Assembly (NCBI GenBank): GCA_051362555.1
Contig: CM120646.1
Location: 18,662,001 to 18,726,000, forward strand
Origin: Lingula anatina
Taxonomy: Eukaryota; Animalia; Brachiopoda
Length of the DNA: 64,000 bases
Direction: 5' to 3'
The first letter of the stretch is position 1. Each line of letters starts with the position of its first letter. Position numbers and translations under genes: made by a program. Below the pieces are notes generated by a model, which was not told where the DNA came from, did not search any database, and worked only from the letters and a program-made list of their open reading frames with translations. Below are positions 28,501-41,202 of this stretch, in pieces.

Positions 28501-30355
28501 ATAACATATACACTCCGGATAAATAATTGCAATTTGTAATCATGTTGTTAGTACTGTTGTGCTACATAAACAATGCTAGTGCTTTTTCTAAAAAAATTTT
28601 GTGATTTTGTTCAACGCCAAATAATCCTTCAGCTTAATTCTAAGTACAGAGCCATTCAGAATGAGTTATTTTATACTAACTCCTTGTGCCCTTCCTCACC
28701 TTGACCCAGTTAATGACCTTCTTTACCTTGACCCAGATAATGACCTTCCTTACCTTAACCCAGCTGATGACAGGCTCTGGAATCCCTGTAGCTGCACACT
28801 GCATTGTAACATCCTCTCCCTCCTGTACTGCCATGTCACTGGGGACCTTGGTGAAACTTGGAGGGCTCACTGGATCTAAATTGTGAGATTGTGTTAGGTG
28901 TTATAGCTACTGAATTGTGGTAGATGAGACAACTTATGATGACATGCAAATGTGGTGGACTTAAGGCAGTGTAATTCTCTCACTAGATACCAATGTTTAG
29001 TCATGAGTAACAACATCATCTAATCCAGATATCTTTGCTAAAACATACCTGTAACAGTAAGCAGCACAGTGACAGCATTTCTACCCCTGCTGTTGGTGGC
29101 TTGGCACATGTAGAATCCAGCATCTGATAGCCGTACAGTGTTCACTGTCAGGGAGCCATTACTGAGAATAGTATACCTAGGGCCATTCTGGGATATAAAT
29201 GATTTAAAAAAACAAATAAAGTTTTGTTGTAAAAAGCTTTTCCAGTTTATCTGAGATTACAATTCACAACAGTAAGTGCTGCTGTAGTGCAAAATCTGGT
29301 TTTAATTAAAGATGAAACTTCTCTTAGTCAAGAAGAGAAACCTTCTAAATTGTTTTTAGTCTTGAGCCTACAAATTAAGGGCAATTTCTGAAACTGAACT
29401 TGTATATAATACCCTACCATTCTTAATTATCTATATGCTGAAAAGAGACTATTAGTCATAATCAAGTAGCTGTCCCAAAATAAGGATTAAACCAAACTGT
29501 TCTCCTTCTCCCACCTGTAAGAGTTCTGCACTGCTGGCATTGCTCACATCATACCACTGCACAGTGAGCGGCTCTGTTCCCACGGCAACACAGTTAAAAT
29601 GGGCACTGTGACCCTGGGGGACACTTTGGGGGCTGGGTGACACAAGAAATCCTGGACGGCCTATTGAGAGAGAGAAAAAAAAATCATCAGTAGAGGCAGT
29701 CAATAATTCAGTAAGATTCAATGTATTGATATTTACAGTAAAAAATTAGGAATGCTGCTTACAATACATTTCATAATTTCATAACAAACAACACCATCTT
29801 TCAGATAATTTGCCTGATATCTTAAGATTGTATTTTGCAAAATTTTGACTTTGTGTTAAAAAGGTGAAATGATGACTAAAGCAAAAAATGATGCATTTAT
29901 GAAAAAAATAATGTCTTTGGGGCATAGTATGCCAAATAGAAGTGTGAAAGCATTGAACTTTTAAGTGTATATAATAAAAAAAGTGTATTCTACATCTGGG
30001 TGGCATTGCAACATTTTCTTTCTCATCCAATTTGTCTATTTGTAAATAAATATGCATATATATTAAATTTAATTGACTAAAATACTAAAATTTTCATTTT
30101 TTAAGTCTGCAAGACAGCAATGTTAGCATATCATGTTCAAGTATAATTCACCAATCAAACAAAATTCTAATCTTAATCATATAATACTATAATGGTAATA
30201 ATTCTTTTTTATCAAAATCTACTAAAATAAATTGTGAAGAAATAAACATGGACTATATCTAGCCTACATCTACCTGCTTTACCCTTCAAGAAAGTAGTCC
30301 ACCGTTTTGTACGAACTTCAAAAGAGAGATGAAAGACCAGACATGATATGTGAAA

Positions 30356-30387
<32 letters not shown>

Positions 30388-32464
30388 GTATACACACTAC
30401 TAGAAAGCCTTTTGAATGAATTCATATAAGTAAGTACACTGTATAATGAACATCACATACTTATATCATCTATTACTATATCTCTATATTATGATTTTGT
30501 TATTACTATTATCTATTTTTTTTTTGGCTCTCATATGAACCTACCTTCTAAGGTTAGAGTGGCTGTGTTACTATATCTTCCTGTATTCTGTATCACAGGG
30601 TTGACAGCAACACACACATACTCCCCCTGACTGTCATAGTCAACATTATTAATAGTTAACCTGCTTTGGGATGATGTAACCATGGACACTGTTCCCTTGG
30701 TAATGGGTTTCCTGCTTAGCAACCATGATATGGAAGCAGGTGGAAGACTGGAGATAGCACAATCAAAAACTACTGTGTCTCCTACGTTTTTATTTTGATT
30801 GGAGGGATTCAGGGAATAGCTAGATGCCAAATCTGAAATGACATATAAACAAATCACAAGAAATACTCTTCTGATAGCAAATTTTATTTCACACACAGTG
30901 TTTTATTCTTTTGTTACAGAACTCTTTTGTTGGTGAAATCTCCTCTCTCTCTCTCAAAAAAAAAGTTGTTTCTGAGCCACTAGACTTATCCTTCTTATGA
31001 CAATTCATATGACAAAGACAGATCTGGAGCAAATGTGACATAAACTGCTTAAATATTTACACTTACATGCTAACTGCAGGCTCACTGCACTGCTATACTG
31101 AGTATTTTGTCCATCTGATATGACGCACTGATAACTGCCAACACTGCCGCTGCTGACACTGCTGATGTGAAGAGTGCCATTGCTGAGGACACGGTAGTCA
31201 GGGAGAGTAACATCTGCATCATTAAATCTCCACCTAAAGTTGAAAATCATAGTTTTTTATCAGAATGACACATTTTTTAAATTCATATATCGCCAACCAA
31301 CTGTCAATTAATTAAAGTATGTTTTCCTGTGTCAAAACTTTTAGAATTCATCTCCCCACTACTTCAGATTTTATTACAAGTATTGTGTTGTCTATTTTCT
31401 GATACAAATTTATGCTCATGAATCTATTCCCTCAGTTCTTAAAAAGTTAAGATTAGGAAGAACCAAAGTGAACATTGGCATTACGAATGACATTTATAGA
31501 TGCACTCTAAGACTCTCTCCAGTAATATTATAACATATGAGTATTTATTCCCTATTCTGGTCTCACTTAGGTAAAAAATTCTACTCAATTCAGGATTTTG
31601 AAACAAATCAATGAAAAATTTGCTTAAAAAAATAAAAATTTACTTCACAATTTCAGATGCCAAATTAAAAGCTGTCATGCATTTGTATAAAATTCACTGT
31701 ACTGTAGTAGAAATAGATCAAGAATGACCCTAGTGGTCAGAGTTACCTGTAAGTGACCCCCCCTGTCCCCTGTCCTGAGCAGTGCCACCACAGGGGTTGA
31801 CCAGCAGCAGCTATCACATCACTGGGCTCTCGGACAAAGTTCAGACCTTAGAAATATATTGTTTTATGCAATATTTAAAATGAATTTGAAGTATATTATA
31901 CATATTTTACGAATCCATAGTCCTTTCATAATATTCCTCTTAACTCTCTGTTCTAAGATGCTTATGAAAATATGTACAGTAAGGCAAAATGTTCAGACAA
32001 AATGACAATAACATTTTTTTTAAAAAACACAATGAGGGCATGCTGTAACCTCTTTTACAGTATACAATTTAACCTATTTTTAGATTATAAAAATAGGCCG
32101 ATATCTAAAATCTGAACAAGGACAAACTAATGCAAATAGTACACAATTTATCAAAATCACAGTTTTAAGTTATTTCTTCCAGCTAAAATTTACCACTAAC
32201 TGGCAAAATTGTACATTACAAACAAGCTTCACAAACCCTCCGTCAAAGTTAATTAAGTGCTGCATTAAATTACAACTGAACAAATAAAAAATACATTAAA
32301 TTTTATGGAACAACACTTTCTCTTTTCTTTAAGAATAAAGATGGTTTTATTATGTAGTTATCATAACATCAAGTTAGTATTTTACCTTGACTTGGCTTCA
32401 CTCCCCAGGTTATAAGACATACTGGAATGATGATGATGATGAAACATGAAAGCTGGTCCCTCAT
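16458..32464 (-). CDS. Immunoglobulin-superfamily type I membrane receptor of about 1726 aa: signal peptide, 10 Ig, 3 FN3, TM, cytoplasmic tail of about 430 aa
   Basis: 30 phase-consistent exons totalling 5181 nt: 32386-32464, 31747-31846, 31067-31233, 30545-30832, 29515-29660, 29049-29187, 28754-28875, 28239-28392, 27798-27920, 27312-27473, 26691-26966, 25911-26045, 25534-25668, 24911-25131, 24295-24385, 23738-23878, 23299-23427, 22768-23028, 22182-22487, 21783-21875, 21332-21541, 20783-21067, 20307-20517, 19964-20152, 19578-19667, 18785-18854, 17762-17846, 17346-17505, 17024-17125, 16458-16968. I-set motifs (C.A.G.P.P.I.W; G.Y.C.A.N), FN3 motifs, and TM GTIIGIIGGCLGGLLLVLLLILIC. Confidence 0.88.
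28691..28771 (-). repeat. 3 x 27-bp tandem repeat spanning an exon-intron junction
   Basis: cttcctcaccttgacccagttaatgac / cttctttaccttgacccagataatgac / cttccttaccttaacccagctgatgac. Confidence 0.9.
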
Positions 32465-34760
32465 AGTGCATTGTTTTATCCTCTGTCTGTCACCTCTCCC
32501 AATACATCAATCCCAGTATTTTCTGAAAGTATAGAAAAATAATAAATATGTCACACCACAGTTGACAACTCTACAAGGTTCATTTTAACAGATCACCATC
32601 ATTAAAATTTGACTTTTGCACAGAAAAGTTTAAAGAGTGTACTTTAAGAAAGCTGTTTTCATCACAAAAACATTAAATTGCTTTTGCCAGTTATATTATT
32701 TGAAAAGATATCATAAGATCAAATGCTTCTGATGTGTTTCATGGAAACATCATGACCACATGTGAAAAATTATATTGTTCATCAAGAAATGTCCAGGGTG
32801 TAGACATTAACTATTTCAGGGCTTGTCAACATTAACAGTCGATAAATATTCAAAGAACATTGAATTTTAGTGGTACACTTGACCCACAATTTATTTAAAG
32901 CCATTTTCCTTTTTTCTTCCAACCTCTCAAAAGTAAAGAACAAACTTAGAGTTATTCAATGAAAGTAAAAGATACCTTTGGCATGAAAATATTCAGTATT
33001 AAACATGGTATTGCTATGTTGGTGTGGGTGTAGAAAAAAGTGTTACAAGGAAGGTAGGCAGGGTCTCTGACAATAGATCACAATTAAAATTCCATATTAC
33101 AACTTTCTTACTTATCCAAGATAAAACCAAAGGCGGATTTTATCACACTTGCATAGAAGAACATGTTTAATTTACCTTGCAAGAATAAATATTATCATTA
33201 TATTATTAACCAGCTACCACACTAAAGTCAGGGGTAGTGCAAGACAGTATATATCAAAATGTGGGTGCACAATGTTTAATTGATTTGGGGTGACTAAGAA
33301 AATCAATAGAATAACAAAGAGTCACACATGTATGATATATTTAATTCACTTCCTAATAATTTAAGACACGCCCTTCCATGCTGTAGTACTGTAGTAAAAT
33401 TTAGTACCACTACGTATACACTTACTATAGGCTTATACAACCTAACACAACTCATTTTGACAGCAATGTGATTCTTTTATTACGTAGCACTATCCATTTT
33501 AATGCAGTGGTTACATGAATTGACCTTACAATTCAAAAAAATTGGTAGTTTTTTTGTTTGTTTTTTTCAAAAAAGAAAAAAAATCCATAAGCTAAAAACC
33601 CAAAAGATTACTATCTAAATATTCTTTTATTTATTTGCAAAAGCTATCTATTAGTTCATGTTATTATTGATTGTAGCAATTGATAATTTCCTAAACAGTG
33701 ATAATGTGTATCTATCAATACTTCACTAAGCTGCAACAAGTACTAATTATACTGATAATCCTAGTAGCTCAGTAATCCACAACAACACTTACCATATGGT
33801 CAGATTATTAATGAAAATGACTATTTCATATGACCTTATTGATCTTAGATACTGGTATAAACTTTTAGTAACTGACCCAGTTTATTTACATATGTACCTT
33901 TGCTTTCTTTACCTAGTAAAGTTAACTCTAAGTATTTTACAATTCTAATGAGTAAACTACCAAAAAGTGAAATGAAACACCATTTCGAACATGTACAACA
34001 CATTACCAGCAAACTAGATTTGGGGCACTTAACGCCATCTGGTATCATGTGTCCTGCCAAGATATATGTACATTGCAAATTTAGATACATCTCAGATGTT
34101 TTCTACTGATAAAATAATGCCATCTAAAATGAAAATTAGTCCATTTTTTCATTTTTTGGAGAAACTCAAATAGTAATCATTTGAAGTTAACATAAATTTG
34201 AATTTAACAATGACTTCTAATAAAGGAACTATTTTGATAACAATTCTTTCAGTGAACAATAGGCAGTGAACATTGTGTTTATAGAAGCTTGAGCAATTTT
34301 TAAGTTTCCTAACTTAATTTTTTTTATTTACAATACTTTTTCAGAATTCATTTATGTACTGACTTTGATCAGTGTTTTTGCTATTCAAATTTTGTTTGTT
34401 AAGTTACTGGTACTACTACTTACAATTTTTTGGTTGATTTTTTGCTCTTTGACAAAAGCACTCACAGTATATTGTCACCCCTGATTTGACCTCAGCTCTC
34501 ATTATATTTGAATAGACCAGAAAGTCTGCAAGTCTTTATGTTTATAGAAGTCTCTCTACAGTACAGGGTTGGTGGTCTAGACTTCAAAGGTTAGGAAAAT
34601 GCTGAGAAACCATGGTAGTGCCCTCTGAACTGTAAACTGACTTGCCCAAACTTATATCTCTACAACTTAGTACAACGGCGAGGAAAAAATAAGAAGCATT
34701 GATAACATCAATCTGCAGGGCAAGAGAAAAAGACAAAATTATGAGCGCAGTCTAAATTAC

Positions 34761-35180
34761 CTGTAGTGCCTGTTACAGAGCAGTTACTTGGTATCCATTA
34801 ATGTGTTATATCAGCAAAACGACGTTTGTTATTCTGTAAAAGCATAGGAATTATAAGTGAGTAGAAATGTGACCAAGAAATGCGAGTTTACTGTACTTAG
34901 TCGGTGTCAGTGTTTTGGCTAATTCCTTGACTCAATCGACTTAAGCAAGGCGTCGTTTGCGCAGCCTGAGAGGTTTTATGTTACAAATCAAAACAGAATG
35001 TGGCTTTGTATATTGGCTTACATAGACCATTAATAAAATGAAGGCACAAAACAGATGCAAAAACTTACCTAGATCCAAATATACCCTGTTTCTTTGATAA
35101 TATCCAACGTAAACAAAAACGACCGCCTTCTTCCTACGGCTTTTCTACAATTAGGTCAAGGTCGAGTAAGGGTCAAATGA
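34761..35180 (-). promoter_or_regulatory. Probable non-coding 5' exons (34761-34833 and one ending at 35069) and promoter of the IgSF gene
   Basis: Donors CAG|gtaatt at 34761 and TAG|gtaagt at 35069; acceptors at 34833 and 32522. CpG-richer sequence starts here, with AGGTCA-type half-sites at 35153-35176. Confidence 0.45.
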
Positions 35181-35668
35181 GACCCGACAGGGTATTTTTG
35201 TTTGAATAATTTCAACTCCTATTTGCATTTTTTAAAATGAATTCATTTCTTTTCACATCGTTATACTAAAACGTTATATATCTATGATGTTTAACCCTTA
35301 TCAAACTGATGTAGATGCTTTGAAAGAGTCGTTGTTATTAAAATATGCCATCTTTTTTATCTCCACGTCGTTGGCCTGTATAGGCCTACAGGCCTACAAC
35401 AAACAGAGCAATTGCTGCATCAAAAAAGGTCATAGACTTTATAGGAGTTCTACTTGTACGCGGAAAAAAAATGCAGAAAATGAAACATGAGATCGGAAAT
35501 TTTGGAAAGTTTTTTTTTTTTTAGGCCCTATTTACTTATCTTCCGGATATATAAAAAGAAAAATATATATGCAATTTAATAAATTATGCATTTTTCGAAT
35601 GGTCGCATTCAGCCTTCTTTAATTTTTCCGTAGGCCTAGCTGTTTACCAGTCTAAACGGGTGTCAGCA

Positions 35669-35734
35669 CAGGGCGGATCCAGGATTATTTAAAGGGGAGG
35701 GGGAGGGGTGGTCCGCGGATGCGGATCCGCCACT
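35669..35734. repeat. Short interspersed repeat with GGCGGATCC inverted termini; related inverted copy at about 63470-63542
   Basis: cagggcggatccaggattatttaaagggg...ggatccgccactg. Absent from the paralogous position near 43630. Confidence 0.55.
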
Positions 35735-38085
35735 GTCAGTAATATTTAAAAAGTGGCCTACAAGAAAGATGGGAATGTGAGCTTATAGGCCTACATTACT
35801 TCGTCAGTAGCCGGTCTTTACGAACTTGAGGAACGGATAAGTAAGTCCAATATACGACAGTAATTTGAAGATGACACAGTTTTCAAATTATTATTACTAT
35901 TGTTGTTGCTGTTATTGTTGTTGGTATTTTGGCTCACTGAGTGATTTGTTTGATTTATCCTTTAGACTTCAGTTGAGTCCCATGAATAACGGATAGTAGG
36001 CCTATTGATTTTTATGCGTTTCAGGGGATCTACCCTCTCTTCTTATGTAGGCTATCTTTAAGACTGAAACGTATATTCATTTATTCATCCAAGATTTCTG
36101 TCATATTCACGGAAGGCTTTTCATAATTCAAGTCAGATACCACAGATGCTGGTTGTGGACGAATTAATATTCTTTAATATTAAATCACCTGATTCGCACA
36201 TCTTCTAGCTAGCTTTTTACTGTGTTCACCGTTCCTGATCGCTCAGATCGGCAGTCAACGTCGGCAGTCAACGTCAGCAGTCAACAGTAAACCCGGCAGC
36301 AAAATAATTAGTGACGGTAAGATTGTTGTTATTCATATTAACAAGAAAATTAATTTTTAGTAGTTTTAATAAGACGTATATCACCTAAGATTTTTCGAGA
36401 AGAACATTATCATTATAAGCAACTTTTTGCTCACAAAGCACTAAGTAACAACCGGTTAGGTCTTGGGAAAGAGCTCTTTACAATTTGTAGCAGTAATTAA
36501 ATTAATGCTGCGGATACGGGTTTTCTTTATTTTGTCTATCAAACAAGAAATTCATGCATGGCTAAAAATTACTGAAAGTTTACTAATTGAAAGATTAACC
36601 TAACGCCATAGTATACATTGATTCATAAATCGCCATGATTCTTGTTGTCACCGCATATTTGCTGTTTTTTTTTTTTTTCTTTTAACACTCAAGTTAATGG
36701 TAGCCACGCGATAAAGGTCATTATAATTATATAGAAATTTCTCAGATAAATACACTCAATAGTTTAAAAGAATTTAAAGTTACATGTTCATTACAAATTA
36801 GATAACAAAAGCTTTATTATTTTTGTTTGATAACAGATCGACACCACACGTATTCTACCATGCAGATTTGAAGTAAGAACGTGCCACAATAGGCTTTCAA
36901 AGAAAATATCCTGTTAGAATAGAACAATGTTTTTAAATTATCCAAGAAATTTGAAGTTGAATGCTTTTTCACACGCTCGGCTGTCATCTATGTATGTAAG
37001 CTTCAGGTCAAATAAACAACACTAATAAAAATATAAAGTGTATTAGTTTAAAGCGTACGTTAGAGTGAATATGGCGATTTTATCAAACTCTTGAAAACTA
37101 TTTCTATGGGGTTCTGATAGACTAGTGTGGTACGCAGAAAGTCGTCTGAAGTCTTTAATCAGGTTCATTAACCGATCAAGGTGACGCCTAGCCCACGCCT
37201 GGTTGTGCATGAACGATTAACCCACCAAGGTTACAGGCCTATAAGAACCAGTTTTAACCGGATAATCCAATCACAGCTGTGACCTTATTGTCAGGAATTG
37301 GAGATCCCAGATTCTGAATGCCAGCATAATTTTTTTTAGAAACGACACAGATTTCTGGATGACAGCAAAGAACGACAACATACATACTTGACGCCGTTCT
37401 CTATAGACACCTTTTTCGATGCCCTCAGATACTGGGAGTTGAATAGTTTATTTGATTGATTGAGCTTATGGATTCAGAGGTTTTTACTCCATGTAATTAT
37501 CAATTTTTTCACGTTTTTTTTTACATGCAGTTACATTTCCGAGAACTCCCCCATTTCAACTGCGAAGTCGACAGATTGTGGACACATTGCTAAATTTTAT
37601 TTAAAACAAAGAATCGACTGAAAAAATATAAATATTTATAATAAAACTTAAAATCTTTCTGCACAACTGTGCAACTTAATACTGTAGAATATGCCACGTG
37701 TTTTTATGCTTTATTATATATATATATATATATCTTTTGATATGGAAATAAGTTTATGCGTACCATTATATCATCTCCTGTATTGTAATGTATTGTAAGG
37801 CGTGATCACGGATATGAAACTGTGGTAACCGCTCTAAGAGGAACCAGAAGTTTGCCATTTAGATTTGCTGTTTAGTTGACAAATTGTAAAGAACAAAGCT
37901 CTACAATCTTCCAAAATGTGATCCAATGAAATGTTGTTCACTGATTGTAGCAGATGAAGGAACGTAATGGTAGAACTACCTGTTGACAAACGAAAAACCA
38001 TTGCCATTTCAGTAGCACAAGCTTGCGGTCGAACCGAAGAAACTAAAAGTTGTCAAAGAGTGAATATATATTGAGGTTGTCAAAC

Positions 38086-38281
38086 ATGCAGCACGCTATG
38101 GCAATGACCAGACTACGACTGGCTTTGTCTCTCCTGGTCTTCCTCGCTCTGCATTGCTCGCCTGTACACAGCCATGGTAGACTGTACGAACCGCCAGGTC
38201 GATCCACTGCTTTTAGGAGGGGATTTAACACCCCGGCGAACTACGACGACATGAGCCTGAACTGTGGCGGATTTGATGTAA

Positions 38282-38329
<48 letters not shown>

Positions 38330-41202
38330 TCCTTACAGTGATTTCTTTTGTTTTGTGTTTTAATTTAGGAATCCCATAAAGCATCGTTTTCGTAAAATAT
38401 GTTAATGCTGAGAATTTTTTTCAGTTTCTAATATTGCTCTGTTTGACCATTTTTGGTGGCAATAATACAAAATTTAATTCGTTCGGGGTTTCCTCCATTG
38501 AGGTATATCTTGAGTGATCACATGTCTGACAAGTAGATGTGATCTTTGAAGTCATGTGTTCAACGCCACGTCTCGGATTAAAAAACGATTCTATTTCAGT
38601 TATATTTTACCGTGCGTAAACCAGGTTTCAGAATTTCGAAAGTCCCTTGAACAGATCTTTATTCGAGAAATAAAAAAAAGATAGGAAAATGACAACGAAG
38701 ATGTTCCCTACATTTGGCTACTGTCCAAAGTCTCACACCCTATTCTTATAGCGGAAGAAAGGACATACGTGGACCTTGCAAATAAAACCATCGTCCGTTG
38801 TAATACTCAGTAAAGTCACAAGGGTCGAGATATAACACCCAACTTTCTAACTTCCGGTCATCCACTTCCATCAGCTTACCGGGCAGTGGTCACAATCCTT
38901 TTGTAGACGTAAGCACATGGGTTTTTGGAATTACGACAAATTTGCGATTTTTTAAGCTAAAGGATCAGCATGAAATAACTGTTCAAGTGTCAGGACAAAT
39001 AGAAAAAATATATAAATCTATTAATTATGCTTGCAAATAGGACGTTTCACCAAAAATTTGACAAGTTATTTTGTCTTGTTTAAGTTACTGAGTTATCTTA
39101 AATGGCCATATTTCCGAAAATTTCAGAACCAATGGAACGTGCAAGGCGGAAAGTGTGGCGTATGTGGCGACCCCTGGCAAGGTCCTCGTGAAAACGAGGC
39201 TGGAGGGCTTTACGCCACGGGGACCTTAGTGCGGCAGTATACAATGGGAGAATATATGCCAATCGTAATAGAAATTACAGCACCGCATAAAGGGTGGTAT
39301 GAATTTAGGTAAGTACTTGATGGATAAAAATCACACAAAAGTAGTGCATAGGTAATACAAGTAAGTCTTGATAAAATATACGCTACCAATACTGCTATAC
39401 GTCCAATATTTTATCCCGTGCGTCAAAATTAAATATAAAGCAATTCACAATACTGTTTAAATATTTTTAAAGCGCATATAGATGTGCTGACTGTTTAGTA
39501 ATATTTTTTATCAACCCTTTTAAGAAAATATTTAATGCAACGTGCAGAACAAAGGTCTTCACATGCGTCAAAGAAAAGTTCTTGTTACAAGATAATTAAT
39601 GATAAGTGTAGGATTTAATTTTCGTCAGACTTTGCCCACACAACGATCCCAACACCCCCGTCAGCTTGGAGTGCCTGGACCAATATAAACTTCATATATA
39701 CCTACATGCTAATGGGACGACTGTCAACCGTTACCACAGTTTGGATGAAACAAATACCGGATGGGTAGGGGGCAAGGTGTACCTACTGGCCAAACTGCCT
39801 GATTACGTCACCTGTACACAGTGTGTGCTGCAGTGGAAATGGCACGCCGGTGAGTGGTGTGACGTCATATTTAGGGAAATGACGTAATGTTTAACTGACC
39901 TTAATTTTAACAAAAATACAAGTGACATGTGAATTCTCATTTGGGGAAATTAAGTTACGCTTAAATTGAACATTATATTAAGATAAAATCAAGGTACGTT
40001 AATTTTATCGAAATTTCGGTGGGGGGATTATTTGCAATATTTTCAGATAAAAACAAATAAATATTAAGTAACAAAGTCAACTTGGGGCTTATATTATTTT
40101 TTTACAGAACTTTCACTCCTGTAATGTTTGTTAAAAAGTATTTCTAATGTATTTTCTCCTGAACAAAAACTTATACAGTAACGTGAATTTCAATATACAG
40201 TACAGTTCGTTCTATGTGCCGTTTCATTAAAGTACTGCTCAACCATGTGCATGTCATAATATACATCTTCCAGGGAACAGTTGGGGTACAGACCCTGATG
40301 GGACCTCTTGTCTGGGCTGCGGTCCACAGGAAGAGTTCTACGGCTGCGCAGATATTGCTATCTATCCACCTGGGCAAGGGATAGGAGGAGTCACGTTGCC
40401 TGCTACGACACCAATGACTACTACAACACCAACGACTACTATAACACCAACAAATACTACAGCAACAACGCCTACCGGTACCATAGTGCCTACAACTACA
40501 ACAACGCCAACGACTACCACAGCAGGTAAATCAAGAGACATCACTTCATGTGCAGCCTCAGTTGTTCATGCCAATTAAACTCAATTTATTAGTGTAAAGA
40601 ATGATAATGATTATGTCACGTATAGCATTCGAGGTCGTATATAGGCTATGGGATTTCGCACAAAGATTATAATTGGCGTTTCCATTAAAATGTATTACCG
40701 GCCGCCATTCTAACTACATTCAATATCAGTATTGGAGAGATAATCATATTTTAATAAAAACTTAAAAGATGTGTTTTAAAACCTCCTTTTATTCACTTTA
40801 CCTTGAACGGTGCTACGGTATGCATCGCTTGCATTTTTTGATTTAAGAGTAAAAGCAATTCAATTTTGGAATTGGACTATTAATAACATTATTTCATTGG
40901 AGAAAACCTGTACTCTCTATGATGTAATTACAGGTTATTTACAAAATTAGCAGGAAGATTGCATTTATCTGAAACCTGTGTACTGTCTCTTTAATCACAT
41001 TAATACATTTCTAAATCTTTTTCCCATTCAATGTCAGAATTTCATTCCAGGTGCTATTACATGTGGCGACAGCCAGTTCCAACCTGACCCTAACGATGTA
41101 AACTGCTACTACCATTGTGCTAATAACATACCGTATCACCAGTGCTGCACGCCGGGAACGCACTGGTCGCAGACCTTATTGACCTGCGTTTGGACACTTT
41201 AA
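38086..41202 (+). CDS. Secreted AA15-type lytic polysaccharide monooxygenase with Thr/Pro linker and C-terminal CBM14 (peritrophin-A-like) domain, 332 aa
   Basis: Exons 38086-38277, 39127-39308, 39629-39849, 40274-40525, 41051-41202. Signal peptide ...PVHS followed by His1 (HGRLYEPPGRS), NCGG, GKCGVCGDP, second brace His in ITAPHKGWYEFRLC, CTQCVLQWKW, and GNSWG...GCGPQEEFYGCADI. Confidence 0.93.
38283..38328 (+). repeat. (TTA)n microsatellite directly after the LPMO exon 1 donor, also present in copy 2 (about 51828-51871)
   Basis: Seen directly. Other microsatellites: (CT)n about 3190, (CA)n about 8210, 14437 and 25458, (AT)n about 9816, (GT)n about 60544 and 61541. Confidence 0.9.
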
